Origin: Candidatus Flemingiibacterium sp.
Lineage (GTDB): Bacteria; Bacillota; Clostridia; Oscillospirales; CAG-272
DNA length: 64,000 nucleotides
Direction: 5' to 3'
Assembly: GCA_045636145.1 (NCBI GenBank)
Contig: JAZTWV010000015.1
Location: 1,586 to 65,585, forward strand
The notes below the pieces were generated by a model. That model worked only from the letters and a program-made list of their open reading frames with translations, searched no databases and was not told where the DNA came from. Made by a program: the position numbers and the translations under genes. Positions 18,631 to 29,808 of the stretch are shown in pieces (within the stretch, counting starts at the first letter, position 1; each line of letters starts with the position of its first letter).

Positions 18631-21065
18631 TATTTTATGGGTTTGATATGCCAGATATTATCGGCATATTCACGGATTGAACGGTCAGAGGCAAAATAGC
18701 CCGACTTTGCGGTATTGATAAGCGACATACGATTCCATTTTTCACGGTCGGCATAGTCCTTAATCATACGCTCATGGACGGAGTAGTAAGAATCGAAATC
18801 CGCAATGCACATATACGGATCTGCCACGCCGTGAGCATACTGAGAGTTGATAAGATACTGCTTGATATCGGTAAAGGAACGTCCGCCGAAGCCTATATCA
18901 AGTGCATCCACAGCCGCGCGCAGACGGTCACTTTGCAGATAGTAGGAAGCCGCATTGTATCCGCGCTTCCACAGATCGTCTACCTCCTCGGTAGTAAGAC
19001 CGAAGATATACATATTGGGGTCGCCAACCTGCGCGTGTATCTCCACATTTGCGCCGTCCATAGTACCGATAGTCACAGCACCGTTTGCCATAAGCTTCAT
19101 GCAGCCTGTACCGCTTGCCTCCTTGCCTGCAAGGGATATCTGCTCCGAAATATCCGCGGCAGGGATAAGCACCTCGGCGAGGCTCACGTTATAATCCTCC
19201 ATGAAAACTACGCGAAGCTTTTCGCGGAGCACGGGATCGGATTCAATATCCTTGCTTATGTGGTATATCAGCTTTATGATATTCTTCGCCATATAGTATC
19301 CCGGTGCCGCCTTAGCACCGAAAATAAATGTCTGCGGCGTAATATCAAGGTTCGGATTTTCTTTAATCTGTACATACAGGCTTATGATACGCAGTGCATT
19401 CAAAAGCTGACGCTTGTATTCGTGCATACGCTTTATCTGTACATCGAATACCGAATCGGGGTCAAGTGTTATACCCGTCTTATTCTTGGTGTAGATAGCG
19501 AAATTCACTTTATTTGCGCGCTTTATCGCCTCTATACGCGAGAGCACGGCACTGTCGTCCGCATATTTTGTAAATTCCGTAAGAGCCTCAGGATCTTCCT
19601 TATGCCACTTATCGCCGATACATTCATCAAGAAGTGCTGTAAGCTGAGGATTTGCGTGACACATCCAGCGGCGGTGTGCTACACCGTTTGTGACATTGGT
19701 GAATTTTGAGGGAGTATGCTTATAGAAATCATGGAACACAGTCTTCTTCAGAATATCCGAATGAAGCTTTGATACTCCGTTTACGGTATGTGAGCCTACC
19801 ACCGAGAGATTCGCCATTCTTATCTGACCGTAACCCAGTATTGACATACGGGATATGCGATCCCAATCCCCCGGATATGCCGCCCAAAGCTCTCCGCAGA
19901 AGCGGCGGTTTATCTCATTTGTGATATCGTAGATACGAGGCAGCTTGATCTTGAAGAGGTCCTCGTTCCATGTTTCAAGTGCTTCCGGCATAACGGTGTG
20001 GTTGGTATAGGAAACGGTAGAGGTAACAAGTCTCCATGCGTCATCCCATGAGAAGGAATAAATATCAATTAGAATACGCATAAGCTCGGGAATGACAAGC
20101 GCGGGATGGGTATCATTTATGTGGATAGCAACCTTTTCCGCAAAGCCGCCAAGTGAGCCATAAGTCGTAAGATGGTCGGAGATAATACTCTGGAGAGATG
20201 CCGAAACAAGGAAATACTGCTGTGAAAGCCTAAGATATTTTCCCTCCATATGGTTATCCGAGGGATAAAGCACCTTTGAGATAGTAGCCGCATTGGTGCT
20301 GTCCTCCATGGCTTTTACATACTGTCCCTGTGAGAAAAGTCCCATATTGAAGTTCTGAGTATCCGAAGCCTTCCAAAGACGGAGAATATTCACCGCCTTT
20401 GAGTCTGCGCCCGATATCATCATATCGTATGGCACTGCCTGTATTTCATCCCCACCCTCGTGAGTTATACTGCATTTGCCATTCTCCCATTTTTCAGTAA
20501 CGTGTCCGCCAAGTCTTACGGTGCACGCCTTGTCGTGGCGCGGAACAAGCCACACGTCACCGCCGGGCATCCAGATATCGGGAAGCTCTATCTGATCTCC
20601 GTCAATAATGCGCTGCTTGAAAAGACCGTATTCGTAGAGTATGGAAAATCCCGTAGCAGGATAATCAAGTGTTGTAAGACCGTCCATAAAGCATGCCGCA
20701 AGACGACCAAGTCCTCCGTTTCCAAGGCCCGGGTCAGGCTCCATTGTATATATTTCCTCAAGCTCAAAACCCATCTCGGAGAGCACTTCTCCGTAAATAT
20801 CGGCAATTCCGAGATTGCGGAGATTGTTTTTAAGTGAGCGTCCGATAAGGAACTCCATGCAAAGGTAATATATCTTCTTGCCGCGCTGTTTTTTTGTGTC
20901 TTTCTTGAAATCACTGCGTTTTTCGGTAAGAATATCCTTTGCTGACAGAACAACGGATTTGTATATCTGCTCTTTTGTAGCCTCATCGGGAGTTGTGCCG
21001 TAGTAACGTGCAAGCTTTGCGGTAATTGCTTCTTTTATCTGTGCTTTGGTAAAATTATTGTTCAT
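18630..21065 (-). CDS. glgP: Glycogen/maltodextrin phosphorylase
   Basis: 811 aa. The PLP-lysine region is EASGTGCMKLMANGA, with other GT35 hallmarks. Confidence 0.95.
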   Translation of the reverse strand: MNNNFTKAQIKEAITAKLARYYGTTPDEATKEQIYKSVVLSAKDILTEKRSDFKKDTKKQRGKKIYYLCMEFLIGRSLKNNLRNLGIADIYGEVLSEMGFELEEIYTMEPDPGLGNGGLGRLAACFMDGLTTLDYPATGFSILYEYGLFKQRIIDGDQIELPDIWMPGGDVWLVPRHDKACTVRLGGHVTEKWENGKCSITHEGGDEIQAVPYDMMISGADSKAVNILRLWKASDTQNFNMGLFSQGQYVKAMEDSTNAATISKVLYPSDNHMEGKYLRLSQQYFLVSASLQSIISDHLTTYGSLGGFAEKVAIHINDTHPALVIPELMRILIDIYSFSWDDAWRLVTSTVSYTNHTVMPEALETWNEDLFKIKLPRIYDITNEINRRFCGELWAAYPGDWDRISRMSILGYGQIRMANLSVVGSHTVNGVSKLHSDILKKTVFHDFYKHTPSKFTNVTNGVAHRRWMCHANPQLTALLDECIGDKWHKEDPEALTEFTKYADDSAVLSRIEAIKRANKVNFAIYTKNKTGITLDPDSVFDVQIKRMHEYKRQLLNALRIISLYVQIKENPNLDITPQTFIFGAKAAPGYYMAKNIIKLIYHISKDIESDPVLREKLRVVFMEDYNVSLAEVLIPAADISEQISLAGKEASGTGCMKLMANGAVTIGTMDGANVEIHAQVGDPNMYIFGLTTEEVDDLWKRGYNAASYYLQSDRLRAAVDALDIGFGGRSFTDIKQYLINSQYAHGVADPYMCIADFDSYYSVHERMIKDYADREKWNRMSLINTAKSGYFASDRSIREYADNIWHIKPIK

Positions 21066-21094
21066 TTGTTTAGATTTCCTTTTTTATGCAAAAA

Positions 21095-22522
21095 TTAGAG
21101 ATTATCATACATTGTGAGGTATTTTTTTGCCGATGCATTCCATGAAAAATCCACGCTCATAGCGTTTTTCACAAGCTCACTCCACCTGTCGGCATCGTTA
21201 TAGAGAGCGCAGGCACGGTGAATAGCATTAAGCATATCATGGGCATTGTAAGTCACAAAAGTGATGCCGTTTCCCTCTCCCGTTTCCGGATTGTAGGGTT
21301 TTATGGTATCATAAAGACCGCCGGTCTCACGTACCACAGGCACTGTGCCGTAGCGTGACGCTATCATCTGCGCAAGTCCGCAAGGCTCGGATTTTGACGG
21401 CATCAGGAATATATCAGCAGAAGCGTAAATCTGCTTTGCAAGGTCCTTGTTGAATGCCAGCATAACACCGCATTTTTCCGGATATCTTCTCGCAAGATCA
21501 GAGAAAAAATCCTCAAGCTCGGCCTCACCCGTACCAAGAAGTACAAGCTGAACATCGCCTGAAAGGATATCATCGGCTACGTGTCTGACAAGATCAAAGC
21601 CTTTATGTGATGCAAGACGGGAAACCATGGCAATAAGCGGTACATCATCACGCTCGGGAAGACCGAATTTTCTCTGAAGTGCCTTCTTGTTCTCCACCTT
21701 ATCCGAAATAGTGTCAACAGAAAATTTCTTCTCTATCACATCATCGGTTTCGGGATTATAGTAATCTGTGTCGATTCCGTTGATGATTCCGCAGCATTTT
21801 CCGCTGTACATACGGATTATATGATGAAGTCCGCTTGAATAATATTCTGTCTGTATTTCATTTGCGTAGTTTGGACTTACTGTGGTCAGCTTATCACAGC
21901 ACACAATAGCACCCTTGGTGAGATTTATGCAGCCGTCATACTCAACAACATATCTGTCCCATGAATCAAGGCAGAAAATGTCGCCGAGAATATCAAAGCT
22001 GTAGATTCCCTGATAGTCGATATTGTGTATGGTATATACAGCCTTTATGTCGGAATATTCATCAAGATAGCAATATTTGCGCTTTAAGTAGATAACGCAC
22101 AGCGCACTTTGCCAATCGTGGCAATGGAGTATATCCGGCATAAAGCCTATATGGGGAAGCATCTCCATTACAGCCTTGCAGAAATAAGCATAGCGTTCAC
22201 CGTCATCAAAGCTTCCGTAAAGCGAAGTGCGTTTAAAATAATACTCGTTGTCAATAAAGTAATAAGTAACACCGTCAAGCTCATATGACCACACTCCGCA
22301 GTACTGACGTCTCCAAGAAAGGGAAACTGTAAATTCCGCCACCTTAGTCATCTTGTCCTTATACTTTTCCGCAACAGCCTTGTACATGGGTATGACCACA
22401 CGCACATCTGTATCAGGCTCTGCACGCCTAAGTGCGGCAGGCAGAGACCCCAGCACATCGCCGAGTCCGCCGGTCGCCGCAAAAGGAAGTGCTTCCGAGC
22501 CTACATATAATATTTTTTTCAT
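21095..22522 (-). CDS. glgA: Glycogen synthase
   Basis: The N-terminus is MKKILYVGSEALPFAATGGLGDV. GGAGA lies 9 nt before the ATG at 22522. Confidence 0.95.
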   Translation of the reverse strand: MKKILYVGSEALPFAATGGLGDVLGSLPAALRRAEPDTDVRVVIPMYKAVAEKYKDKMTKVAEFTVSLSWRRQYCGVWSYELDGVTYYFIDNEYYFKRTSLYGSFDDGERYAYFCKAVMEMLPHIGFMPDILHCHDWQSALCVIYLKRKYCYLDEYSDIKAVYTIHNIDYQGIYSFDILGDIFCLDSWDRYVVEYDGCINLTKGAIVCCDKLTTVSPNYANEIQTEYYSSGLHHIIRMYSGKCCGIINGIDTDYYNPETDDVIEKKFSVDTISDKVENKKALQRKFGLPERDDVPLIAMVSRLASHKGFDLVRHVADDILSGDVQLVLLGTGEAELEDFFSDLARRYPEKCGVMLAFNKDLAKQIYASADIFLMPSKSEPCGLAQMIASRYGTVPVVRETGGLYDTIKPYNPETGEGNGITFVTYNAHDMLNAIHRACALYNDADRWSELVKNAMSVDFSWNASAKKYLTMYDNL

Positions 22523-22556
22523 AATCTTGTCTCCGTTTTTCAATTTACAGATGATT

Positions 22557-23690
22557 TTATATCATCTTTCCCTTATCAATAAAGAACGGCAGTGAGTCGT
22601 GTCCCGAAAGCATTCTTCCGTCACGGATAACAACATTCTTGTCCGTAACAACACAGTTAAGAAATACATTCTCACCCGTTACGGTATCCTGGAAAAGAAT
22701 AGAGTTCTTGACAGTAGTTCCTTTACCCACCTTAACTCCACGGAACAGTATGGAATTTTCAACCGTTCCGTCGATAACACATCCGTCCGCAATAAGGGAA
22801 TTTGAAACCTTGGCAGAATCGCTGTATTTCGCGGGAGCGGAGTTTCTGATTTTAGTGTAGATGGGACGGTTCTTTACATTAAAGAGCTGATCGCGATTCT
22901 TGCTGTCTCCGATAAGCTCCATTGAATGCATATAATAGTCCTGGAGCGAGTTTATAGTAGCAAAATAGCCGTCATATTTGTATATACGGTAATTACGCCT
23001 TGCCGCATTTCTCGAAAGCACGTCGCGGTTGAAGCTTGTGTAGCCGTGAGCTATGGCGTCAAGCACAATACTCTGAAGATATTCGCGGTTTACAACGAAA
23101 ATGTTAAGATCAATGTCACGGTATCCCGTAACATTGGGCGGATATGCATTTACATCGGTAATACGGCCTGATTCATCGGAATCCACAATAACATTGCGCT
23201 TGCAGGACTCCTTTGTGAGAAGCACGCGCTTCACAGCCATGGTAATATCCGCGTTGTTGGCTATATGGTCGTTTATCATATCGTTAAGGTCAATATTGCA
23301 TATAACGTCGCAGTCGGAGAGCACCACATAGTCCGCATTAAAGCGGGAAACCGAATAATTTACGCTTTTAAGTGCCTCAAGGCGTGTATTATACAACGCA
23401 TTCTGATTGTTTGAGAATGCAGTCATATACGGCGGCAGAATCTTTATACCGCCTGAACGGCGAGCAAGATCCCAGTCCTTACCTGAGCCGATATGATCCA
23501 TAAGGGACTGATAATTGTAGTGAGTTATAACGCTTATAAGACTGATACCCGAATTTACCATATTGGAAAGGGCAAAGTCAATAAGCCTGTAGCGGCAGGC
23601 ATAAGGAACAGATGCCATTGTACGGCGCCGCGTAAGCTCCGGGATATTTTTATCGTGAAGATTCGAAAAAATGATACCTTGTACTGACAT
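22557..23690 (-). CDS. glgD: Glucose-1-phosphate adenylyltransferase regulatory subunit GlgD
   Basis: It is a GlgC paralogue lacking the GGxGxRL motif. The position between glgC and glgA is typical of Firmicutes. Confidence 0.85.
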   Translation of the reverse strand: MSVQGIIFSNLHDKNIPELTRRRTMASVPYACRYRLIDFALSNMVNSGISLISVITHYNYQSLMDHIGSGKDWDLARRSGGIKILPPYMTAFSNNQNALYNTRLEALKSVNYSVSRFNADYVVLSDCDVICNIDLNDMINDHIANNADITMAVKRVLLTKESCKRNVIVDSDESGRITDVNAYPPNVTGYRDIDLNIFVVNREYLQSIVLDAIAHGYTSFNRDVLSRNAARRNYRIYKYDGYFATINSLQDYYMHSMELIGDSKNRDQLFNVKNRPIYTKIRNSAPAKYSDSAKVSNSLIADGCVIDGTVENSILFRGVKVGKGTTVKNSILFQDTVTGENVFLNCVVTDKNVVIRDGRMLSGHDSLPFFIDKGKMI

Positions 23691-23714
23691 TGTAATTTCT
23701 TCCTTTCCTAATTG

Positions 23715-24923
23715 TTACGCTTTTTTCTTTTCATCGAAATATGCAGCCCCTACCATATCTCCGGCAGGAATCACAGTGCCGTGAGGAATCTTTATATCAC
23801 CGCCTACAAGGGTAATTCCCTTTCCGCTCTCCTTGACCTCACCTACCTTGGTGCCTGCGCCTATATCCGCTGAGCTGTCAACTATGGAATAATATACCGA
23901 AGCGCCCTCTCTGATAACGGTATCGTTCATGATTATTGAGTTGCGTATGTACGCACCTCTGGCAACCTTAACGCCACCGAACAGAATGGAATTTTCAACT
24001 ACTCCGTGTACCTCACAGCCCTCTGTTATAATAGAGTTTGACACCTTGGCATCCCCACCTATATAGTGAGGGGCGCGAATAAGGCTTCTTGAATATATCT
24101 TCCAATCAGAATCAAAAAGATTGAACACCGGTTCATTTCCAATCAGATCCATATGCGCTTCCCAAAGGCTCTCAATAGTACCAACGTCCTTCCAATAGCC
24201 GGAAAAGCTGTATGCATACATGGATTCACCGGCATCAAGCATGGCAGGAATGATATTTTTACCGAAATCGTTCACCGAGTCCGGATTATTTTCATCGGCG
24301 ATAAGATATTTTTCAAGCAAGCGTCTGTTGAAGATATATATGCCCATAGACGCCTTCGTACTCTTTGGGTGCGGCGGTTTTTCCTCAAATTCCACAATTT
24401 TGCCGCTCTCGTCCGTATTCATTATGCCAAAACGGCTCGCCTGCTCTATGGGAACGTCTATTACTGCGATCGTAGCTGCGGCACCTGTCTTTTTATGGTA
24501 GTGAAGCATCTTGCTGTAGTCCATCTTATAAATGTGGTCGCCGGACAGCACCAGAACATAGTCCGGATCATAGCGGTCTATAAAATTAAGATTCTGGTAT
24601 ATGGCGTTGGCAGTACCGCTATACCAATCCGCTCCGTCCTTACCCTGATACGGCGGCAGGACCATGACACCGCCGCTCATTCGGTCAAGGTCCCACGGCT
24701 GACCGTTGCCTATATATTCGTTAAGCACCAAGGGCTGATACTGGGTAAGCACTCCCACAGTATCAATATGGGAATTTACACAGTTGGAAAGTGTAAAATC
24801 TATAATGCGATATTTTGCACCGAAAGGAACCGCCGGTTTGGCTGTCTTTTCAGTCAGCGTATAGAGTCTGCTTCCCTGCCCTCCGGCAAGAAGCATTGCC
24901 ACACATTCTTTTTTCTTGTACAT
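23715..24923 (-). CDS. glgC: Glucose-1-phosphate adenylyltransferase
   Basis: The motif LAGGQGSRL is present, with C-terminal left-handed beta-helix repeats. Confidence 0.95.
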   Translation of the reverse strand: MYKKKECVAMLLAGGQGSRLYTLTEKTAKPAVPFGAKYRIIDFTLSNCVNSHIDTVGVLTQYQPLVLNEYIGNGQPWDLDRMSGGVMVLPPYQGKDGADWYSGTANAIYQNLNFIDRYDPDYVLVLSGDHIYKMDYSKMLHYHKKTGAAATIAVIDVPIEQASRFGIMNTDESGKIVEFEEKPPHPKSTKASMGIYIFNRRLLEKYLIADENNPDSVNDFGKNIIPAMLDAGESMYAYSFSGYWKDVGTIESLWEAHMDLIGNEPVFNLFDSDWKIYSRSLIRAPHYIGGDAKVSNSIITEGCEVHGVVENSILFGGVKVARGAYIRNSIIMNDTVIREGASVYYSIVDSSADIGAGTKVGEVKESGKGITLVGGDIKIPHGTVIPAGDMVGAAYFDEKKKA

Positions 24924-24977
24924 GATATACCTCCGGTCATTATTTTATTATTTTTTAAAAGTGCAACTCTTGCTGTA

Positions 24978-26969
24978 TTAAATTCTATCAATATCCGCCT
25001 TTTTTGCTTTTTTTATCGGCTCTGCGGGCTTCAGTATGACAGCGCTCATTGCAGGAAGGGTTATTTTAAGCTCCCGACTTCCGTCAAATGCCGCAACTGT
25101 ATCAAGTGCGCCACGATTCAACCTACCGCCGCCGCCATATTCTTCTGCATCGCTTGAAAAAATCTCAAAATAGCGGTTATGCTTCATGTTGACAAGCGTA
25201 AATCCCTCCCTAGTCACAGGGGCAAAGTTTATTGCAACAACAAGCTCTCTGCCGCATTTATCAAGCCTGCGGTACGCTATAACATTGATATCATTCATCT
25301 CGGGATATATCCACTGGAAGCCGTTCCATGAGAAATCATCCTCCCACAGTGCGCCCTCCTCAAGATAAAGGCGATTGAGCGAGGCTGTGTAAAGCTGAGA
25401 TTTTTTATGCATATCGTAATCAAGCATAAACCACTCAAGTTGGTTCTCATAGTCCCATTCGCGGAAAGGCGCATACTCACTGCCCATGAACATAAGCTTC
25501 TTTCCGGGATGTGTCATCTGATAAGCGAGAAATGCTCTGAAACCTGCGAATTTCATACCGTAGTCGCCAAAGTTCTTGTCCAGCAGCGAAAGCTTTCCGT
25601 GAACCACCTCATCGTGAGAAACGGGAAGGATATAATTCTCATTCAGTGAATACATCATCGGGAAAGTAAGCTTCTCATGCTTATACTTGCGGAATACCGG
25701 GTCGGTCATGATATAATCAAAGGTGTCGTTTGCCCATCCCATGTTCCATTTAAAGTTGAAGCCGAGACCACCCTCATGAACGGGCTTTGTTATCATAGGC
25801 CAATCGGTGGACTCCTCAGCAATCATAAGAGCATCGGGAAATTCGGCAAAAACCGTGGTGTTAAGTTTCTTGAAGAATGCTATAGCTTCAAGATTCTTGT
25901 TTTCACCGTGCTCATTTGGAATCCACTCTCCGGGGTCGCGGTCAAAATCAAGATAAAGCATAGACGCCACCGCATCAACGCGAAGCCCATCAACATGAAA
26001 TTCGCGAAGCCAATAAAGGGCGTTTGATATGAGGAAGCACTCAACCTCACATCTTGCAACATCGAAGAAGCGCGTTCCCCACACCTTGTGTTCCATCCGG
26101 TCATATCCCTGATACTCATAAAGCGGCTGACCGTCAAACTCATAAAGTCCGTGCTCGTCCTTGGGGAAATGAGCAGGCACCCAGTCAAGTATAACACCGA
26201 CACCCACGGAATGAAGCTTGTTTACAAAATATCTGAAATCGTCAGGTGTACCGAATCTGGATGTGGGCGAATAATATCCGCACACCTGATACCCCCACGA
26301 GCCGTCAAAGGGATGCTCGGCGATGGGGAGCAGCTCCACGTGGGTGTATCCCATCTGCTTTACATACGGTGCCAGCTCGTCCGCTATTTCGCGATAGCCA
26401 AGATAATTTTCGCCGTCTTTTGTTGTGGCGCCGTTTTTTGTTTTCCACGAGCCAAGATGTATTTCATAAATATTCATTGGAGCTGAGAAAAATTCGGGTT
26501 TACCCTTCTTTCCGAGAACGTCCCCCGCACGTTTTTTCATCCACAGCTCATCTGACCAAGCAAAATTTTTCTCAGATATTATCTTTGATGCCGTCCCCTT
26601 TAAGGTTTCAGAATACCGTGCATAAGGGTCAGCCTTTAAATGTATCCCGTTTTTTCCTGTAATGCGGTATTTGTAATTTGCGCCGTCAAGTGAGTATGCC
26701 GAAACGAGAGTATATTCGAAAACTCCCATATCAGTTATGCGCCTCATCGGTGCGGTAGGCTTCCAATCATTGAAATCGCCTACGACCTCCACGCTAAGCG
26801 CGTTTGGTGCCCACACGCGGAATGTATAAGAATATCCGCCGTCAGTTGTGCGGCAGTGACAGCCAAGGTAATCATATGCGTGAAAATTTGTTCCCTGATG
26901 GAAATAATAAGCGGCGGCATCCCCGACACTTTCGTTTTTTTTCTTTTTATTAGCTCCTGCCTTTGCCAT
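24978..26969 (-). CDS. glgB: 1,4-alpha-glucan branching enzyme
   Basis: GH13 branching-enzyme motifs DWVPAHF, GLRVDAV and AEEST are present. Confidence 0.95.
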   Translation of the reverse strand: MAKAGANKKKKNESVGDAAAYYFHQGTNFHAYDYLGCHCRTTDGGYSYTFRVWAPNALSVEVVGDFNDWKPTAPMRRITDMGVFEYTLVSAYSLDGANYKYRITGKNGIHLKADPYARYSETLKGTASKIISEKNFAWSDELWMKKRAGDVLGKKGKPEFFSAPMNIYEIHLGSWKTKNGATTKDGENYLGYREIADELAPYVKQMGYTHVELLPIAEHPFDGSWGYQVCGYYSPTSRFGTPDDFRYFVNKLHSVGVGVILDWVPAHFPKDEHGLYEFDGQPLYEYQGYDRMEHKVWGTRFFDVARCEVECFLISNALYWLREFHVDGLRVDAVASMLYLDFDRDPGEWIPNEHGENKNLEAIAFFKKLNTTVFAEFPDALMIAEESTDWPMITKPVHEGGLGFNFKWNMGWANDTFDYIMTDPVFRKYKHEKLTFPMMYSLNENYILPVSHDEVVHGKLSLLDKNFGDYGMKFAGFRAFLAYQMTHPGKKLMFMGSEYAPFREWDYENQLEWFMLDYDMHKKSQLYTASLNRLYLEEGALWEDDFSWNGFQWIYPEMNDINVIAYRRLDKCGRELVVAINFAPVTREGFTLVNMKHNRYFEIFSSDAEEYGGGGRLNRGALDTVAAFDGSRELKITLPAMSAVILKPAEPIKKAKKADIDRI

Positions 26970-27106
26970 GCGCCAAATCCTTTCCTGATGTTTTCTATTA
27001 TGAATCTTAATTTAAAGAATTATCATCTCACATAAGAGTATACCATAACGGGGTCAAAATATTACGTCGAATTATATCGGCAAAAGCATATATTCTGCCG
27101 AGATAC

Positions 27107-28936
27107 TCAATCCTCAGCTCGCACTATGTTTATTATCGCCGTTCCGTATCTGTAAGCCTTTTCCTCACCTATTCCGCGCACTCTCATAAGTGACAGCATA
27201 TCACGGGGACGTGACGCAGCTATCTCGCGAAGCGTAGAATCCGTAAATATGACATAAGCCGGAACTCCGCGCTTTTCTGCCGTCTCCCGACGGAATTTTC
27301 GAAGCCGTTCATAAAGTGCCTCATCAGCAGGACTCATTCTAAGAGTCAGCGGCGTCTGCTTTGAGCTCTTACCCTTTTTCTGAGCTTTCTTAACCTTTAC
27401 CGTCATACGGCTGCCGGATGCAAGATAATCATCAAGCTTCGGGGAAATTGCAAGCACAGGATACTGTCCGCCGCTTCTTATAAGAAATCCTTCCTCAATC
27501 ATACGCTCAATCACGTCTCTTATAAGTGACACCGGAAGTGCTTCAAGCATTCCGAAGCCGCGCTCATGAGTAAATCCCATAGCACCCATACGTCCGTTAT
27601 CCGTGCCGTGGAGAAAATCTGCAATGAACATCGCCCCATACCGCTCCCCGGTAACATCAATTGCCATACGGATCGCACGTACTGCATCCGTAACGTCCTG
27701 AAGCTCGTAGTCGCCTCTGCAGGATGAGCATTTTTCGCATTTTTCAGTCTTCGGAGATTCTCCGAAATACCGGAGAATAAATCCGCGAAGGCAAGCCGTT
27801 GTTTTACAGTACGATATCATCCCGTCAAGCTTGTCATAGCGGCGTTTTTTCGCAGCCTCAAGAGACTCGGCATCAAGCTCCTCAGCATCATCAACACCGT
27901 TCTCTATAAGGAATTTCGCCGTATGTATGTCCGCCGCAGAGTACAGCAGTATGCAGTCAGCCTCACTTCCGTCACGTCCTGCTCTGCCTGCCTCCTGATA
28001 GTACGATTCCATGGAAAGTGGAAAATTGTAATGTATTATAAATTCAACATCCGGCTTATCAATGCCCATACCAAAGGCATTTGTTGCAACAATGATAGGC
28101 TTTACATCCCGTATAAAGTCATCCTGTGCCGCCGCACGTTCATTATCGGAAAGACCTGCATGATACATTGTGATGGGGAATCCTGCCGCCAAAAGATGTG
28201 AGTATATCTTCTCCACATTCTTACGGGTCATCGCATATATGATTCCGGATTTCCCCTTGTTCTCCGATAGATATTTTCGTATATAGTCAATTCGGGATTC
28301 CGTCTGCACAACTCCGAAATAGAGATTTGGGCGGTCAAAGCCCGTGGTTATCTCATAGGGACGATCAAGTGCCAGAAGCTCAAGCACATCATCCTTTACG
28401 TTCTTAGTAGCAGTAGCTGTAAATGCCGCCACAACCGGACGGCGGCTGAGTCCTGCAACAAAGTCAGATATATGTGTATAGCTGATTCTGAAATCATGTC
28501 CCCACTGTGAAACACAGTGCGCTTCATCCACCGCCACAAGAGATATGTCAAGACCCGAGGCAAGCTCCAAAAATCCGTCGGTCATAAGCCTTTCGGGAGC
28601 TACGTAAATGATCTTATATTCTCCGCGGCGTATATTGGACAGTGCTAGTCCATACTGTCTTTGAGTCAGCGAGCTGTTGAGATACGCGGCACGAATACCG
28701 TTCTGATTAAGTGCCCCCACCTGATCCTTCATAAGCGAGATAAGAGGTGAGACAACAAGAGTAATTCCCGGAAGAAGCATAGCAGGTATCTGATAGCAAA
28801 TGGATTTTCCGGCTCCCGTGGGCATTACAGCCAACACATCCCGACCGTTCATTATATTGTCTATTATGATCTCCTGTCCCTCTCTGAACGAGGTATATCC
28901 GTAGCAGCTTCGCAGAATGCTGTATTTATTCGCCAT
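27107..28936 (-). CDS. recQ: ATP-dependent DNA helicase RecQ
   Basis: Motifs MPTGAGKS and DEAHC, a Zn-binding Cys cluster and a C-terminal HRDC domain are present. Confidence 0.95.
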   Translation of the reverse strand: MANKYSILRSCYGYTSFREGQEIIIDNIMNGRDVLAVMPTGAGKSICYQIPAMLLPGITLVVSPLISLMKDQVGALNQNGIRAAYLNSSLTQRQYGLALSNIRRGEYKIIYVAPERLMTDGFLELASGLDISLVAVDEAHCVSQWGHDFRISYTHISDFVAGLSRRPVVAAFTATATKNVKDDVLELLALDRPYEITTGFDRPNLYFGVVQTESRIDYIRKYLSENKGKSGIIYAMTRKNVEKIYSHLLAAGFPITMYHAGLSDNERAAAQDDFIRDVKPIIVATNAFGMGIDKPDVEFIIHYNFPLSMESYYQEAGRAGRDGSEADCILLYSAADIHTAKFLIENGVDDAEELDAESLEAAKKRRYDKLDGMISYCKTTACLRGFILRYFGESPKTEKCEKCSSCRGDYELQDVTDAVRAIRMAIDVTGERYGAMFIADFLHGTDNGRMGAMGFTHERGFGMLEALPVSLIRDVIERMIEEGFLIRSGGQYPVLAISPKLDDYLASGSRMTVKVKKAQKKGKSSKQTPLTLRMSPADEALYERLRKFRRETAEKRGVPAYVIFTDSTLREIAASRPRDMLSLMRVRGIGEEKAYRYGTAIINIVRAED

Positions 28937-29101
28937 AATACCGTTATATCTCCCAGGTTAACTGTCTGTTATTTTTACACCATGATCACACACGATATAT
29001 ATATTATACAACATTTTTTATCGAATGTAAATAGATTTTCACTTAATTGAATAAAAAAAGGAGCGCAATGCGCTCACCTTTTTATGTGCATACCGCACAA
29101 A

Positions 29102-29371
29102 TCATTTTGAATTTTTTGTCTCTTTTACCGATTCGTATTTGCGTTTGGTAGCATTTCCACCTCGGATATGGCGCTCGGATTTGTTGGTGTCAAGAATTTT
29201 TGCCGCCTCTGTATACAGGGTATGGTCTATTCTTCTAAGTCGGCAGGAAATATCTTTATGTACAGTAGATTTGCTTATCCCAAACGCCGCAGCGGTACTT
29301 CTCACCGTGCTTTTCTGTGTTATAAGGTATTCCGCCAGCTTGCGCGCTCTATCATCCGTGTCATAAAACAA
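29102..29371 (-). CDS. spoIIID: Sporulation transcriptional regulator SpoIIID
   Basis: The HTH is GISKSTVHKDI. A TTG at 29371, 6 nt after GAGGTG, gives an N-terminal length matching B. subtilis SpoIIID. The ORF track's GTG is at 29380. Confidence 0.85.
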   Translation of the reverse strand: MFYDTDDRARKLAEYLITQKSTVRSTAAAFGISKSTVHKDISCRLRRIDHTLYTEAAKILDTNKSERHIRGGNATKRKYESVKETKNSK

Positions 29372-29808
29372 GATGCTCACCTCGTTATAGTGTTGTTTGC
29401 TCTAACACTATATGTGAGATAAATTAATTTAATGACAAAAATAAATATTTGTAAAATTTTAGCAGTGTTTTTTATGCATTTCGCCGATTTTTGGCATTTA
29501 AGCATCCAAAAGACAACAATCATGCACTCTACCTAATTTTTCAAGCATTTTTTATGCATATTGGCAATAGCATACTTTGATAAAATAATTAAATACTTAA
29601 ATCATATGCTTTTTAGTTCTGCATATTTGCCGAAAATTGTATTTTTTCATTCCAAAATATCACAACACTACCAATTATGCGATTATCTTGCTATATAATT
29701 TTTATTTTATTCACAATTTGTATTTTGTCGGTACATTTTTATGCCGTCTAAAAATAGTATAATAAAATTGTCGGATTCACACAAACCTGTTTTTGAAAGG
29801 ATGTATCA

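Noticed and set aside
18774-19709. 311-aa plus-strand ORF antisense to glgP. The same reasoning applies to 16600-17337, 10213-10926, 35939-36622, 49012-49704, 53843-54685 and 61883-62299.
   Set aside because: All are shadow ORFs opposite strongly motif-supported genes, with junk-like amino-acid composition.
24153-25157. 334-aa plus-strand ORF spanning the glgC/glgB junction
   Set aside because: It is antisense to two well-supported genes and even crosses their intergenic spacer. No motif or RBS was found.
29490-29570. Sigma-54-like TGGCA..GCAT elements in the spoIIID upstream region
   Set aside because: The GG-to-GC spacing is 7-9 nt instead of the obligatory 10-nt separation of the -24/-12 elements.
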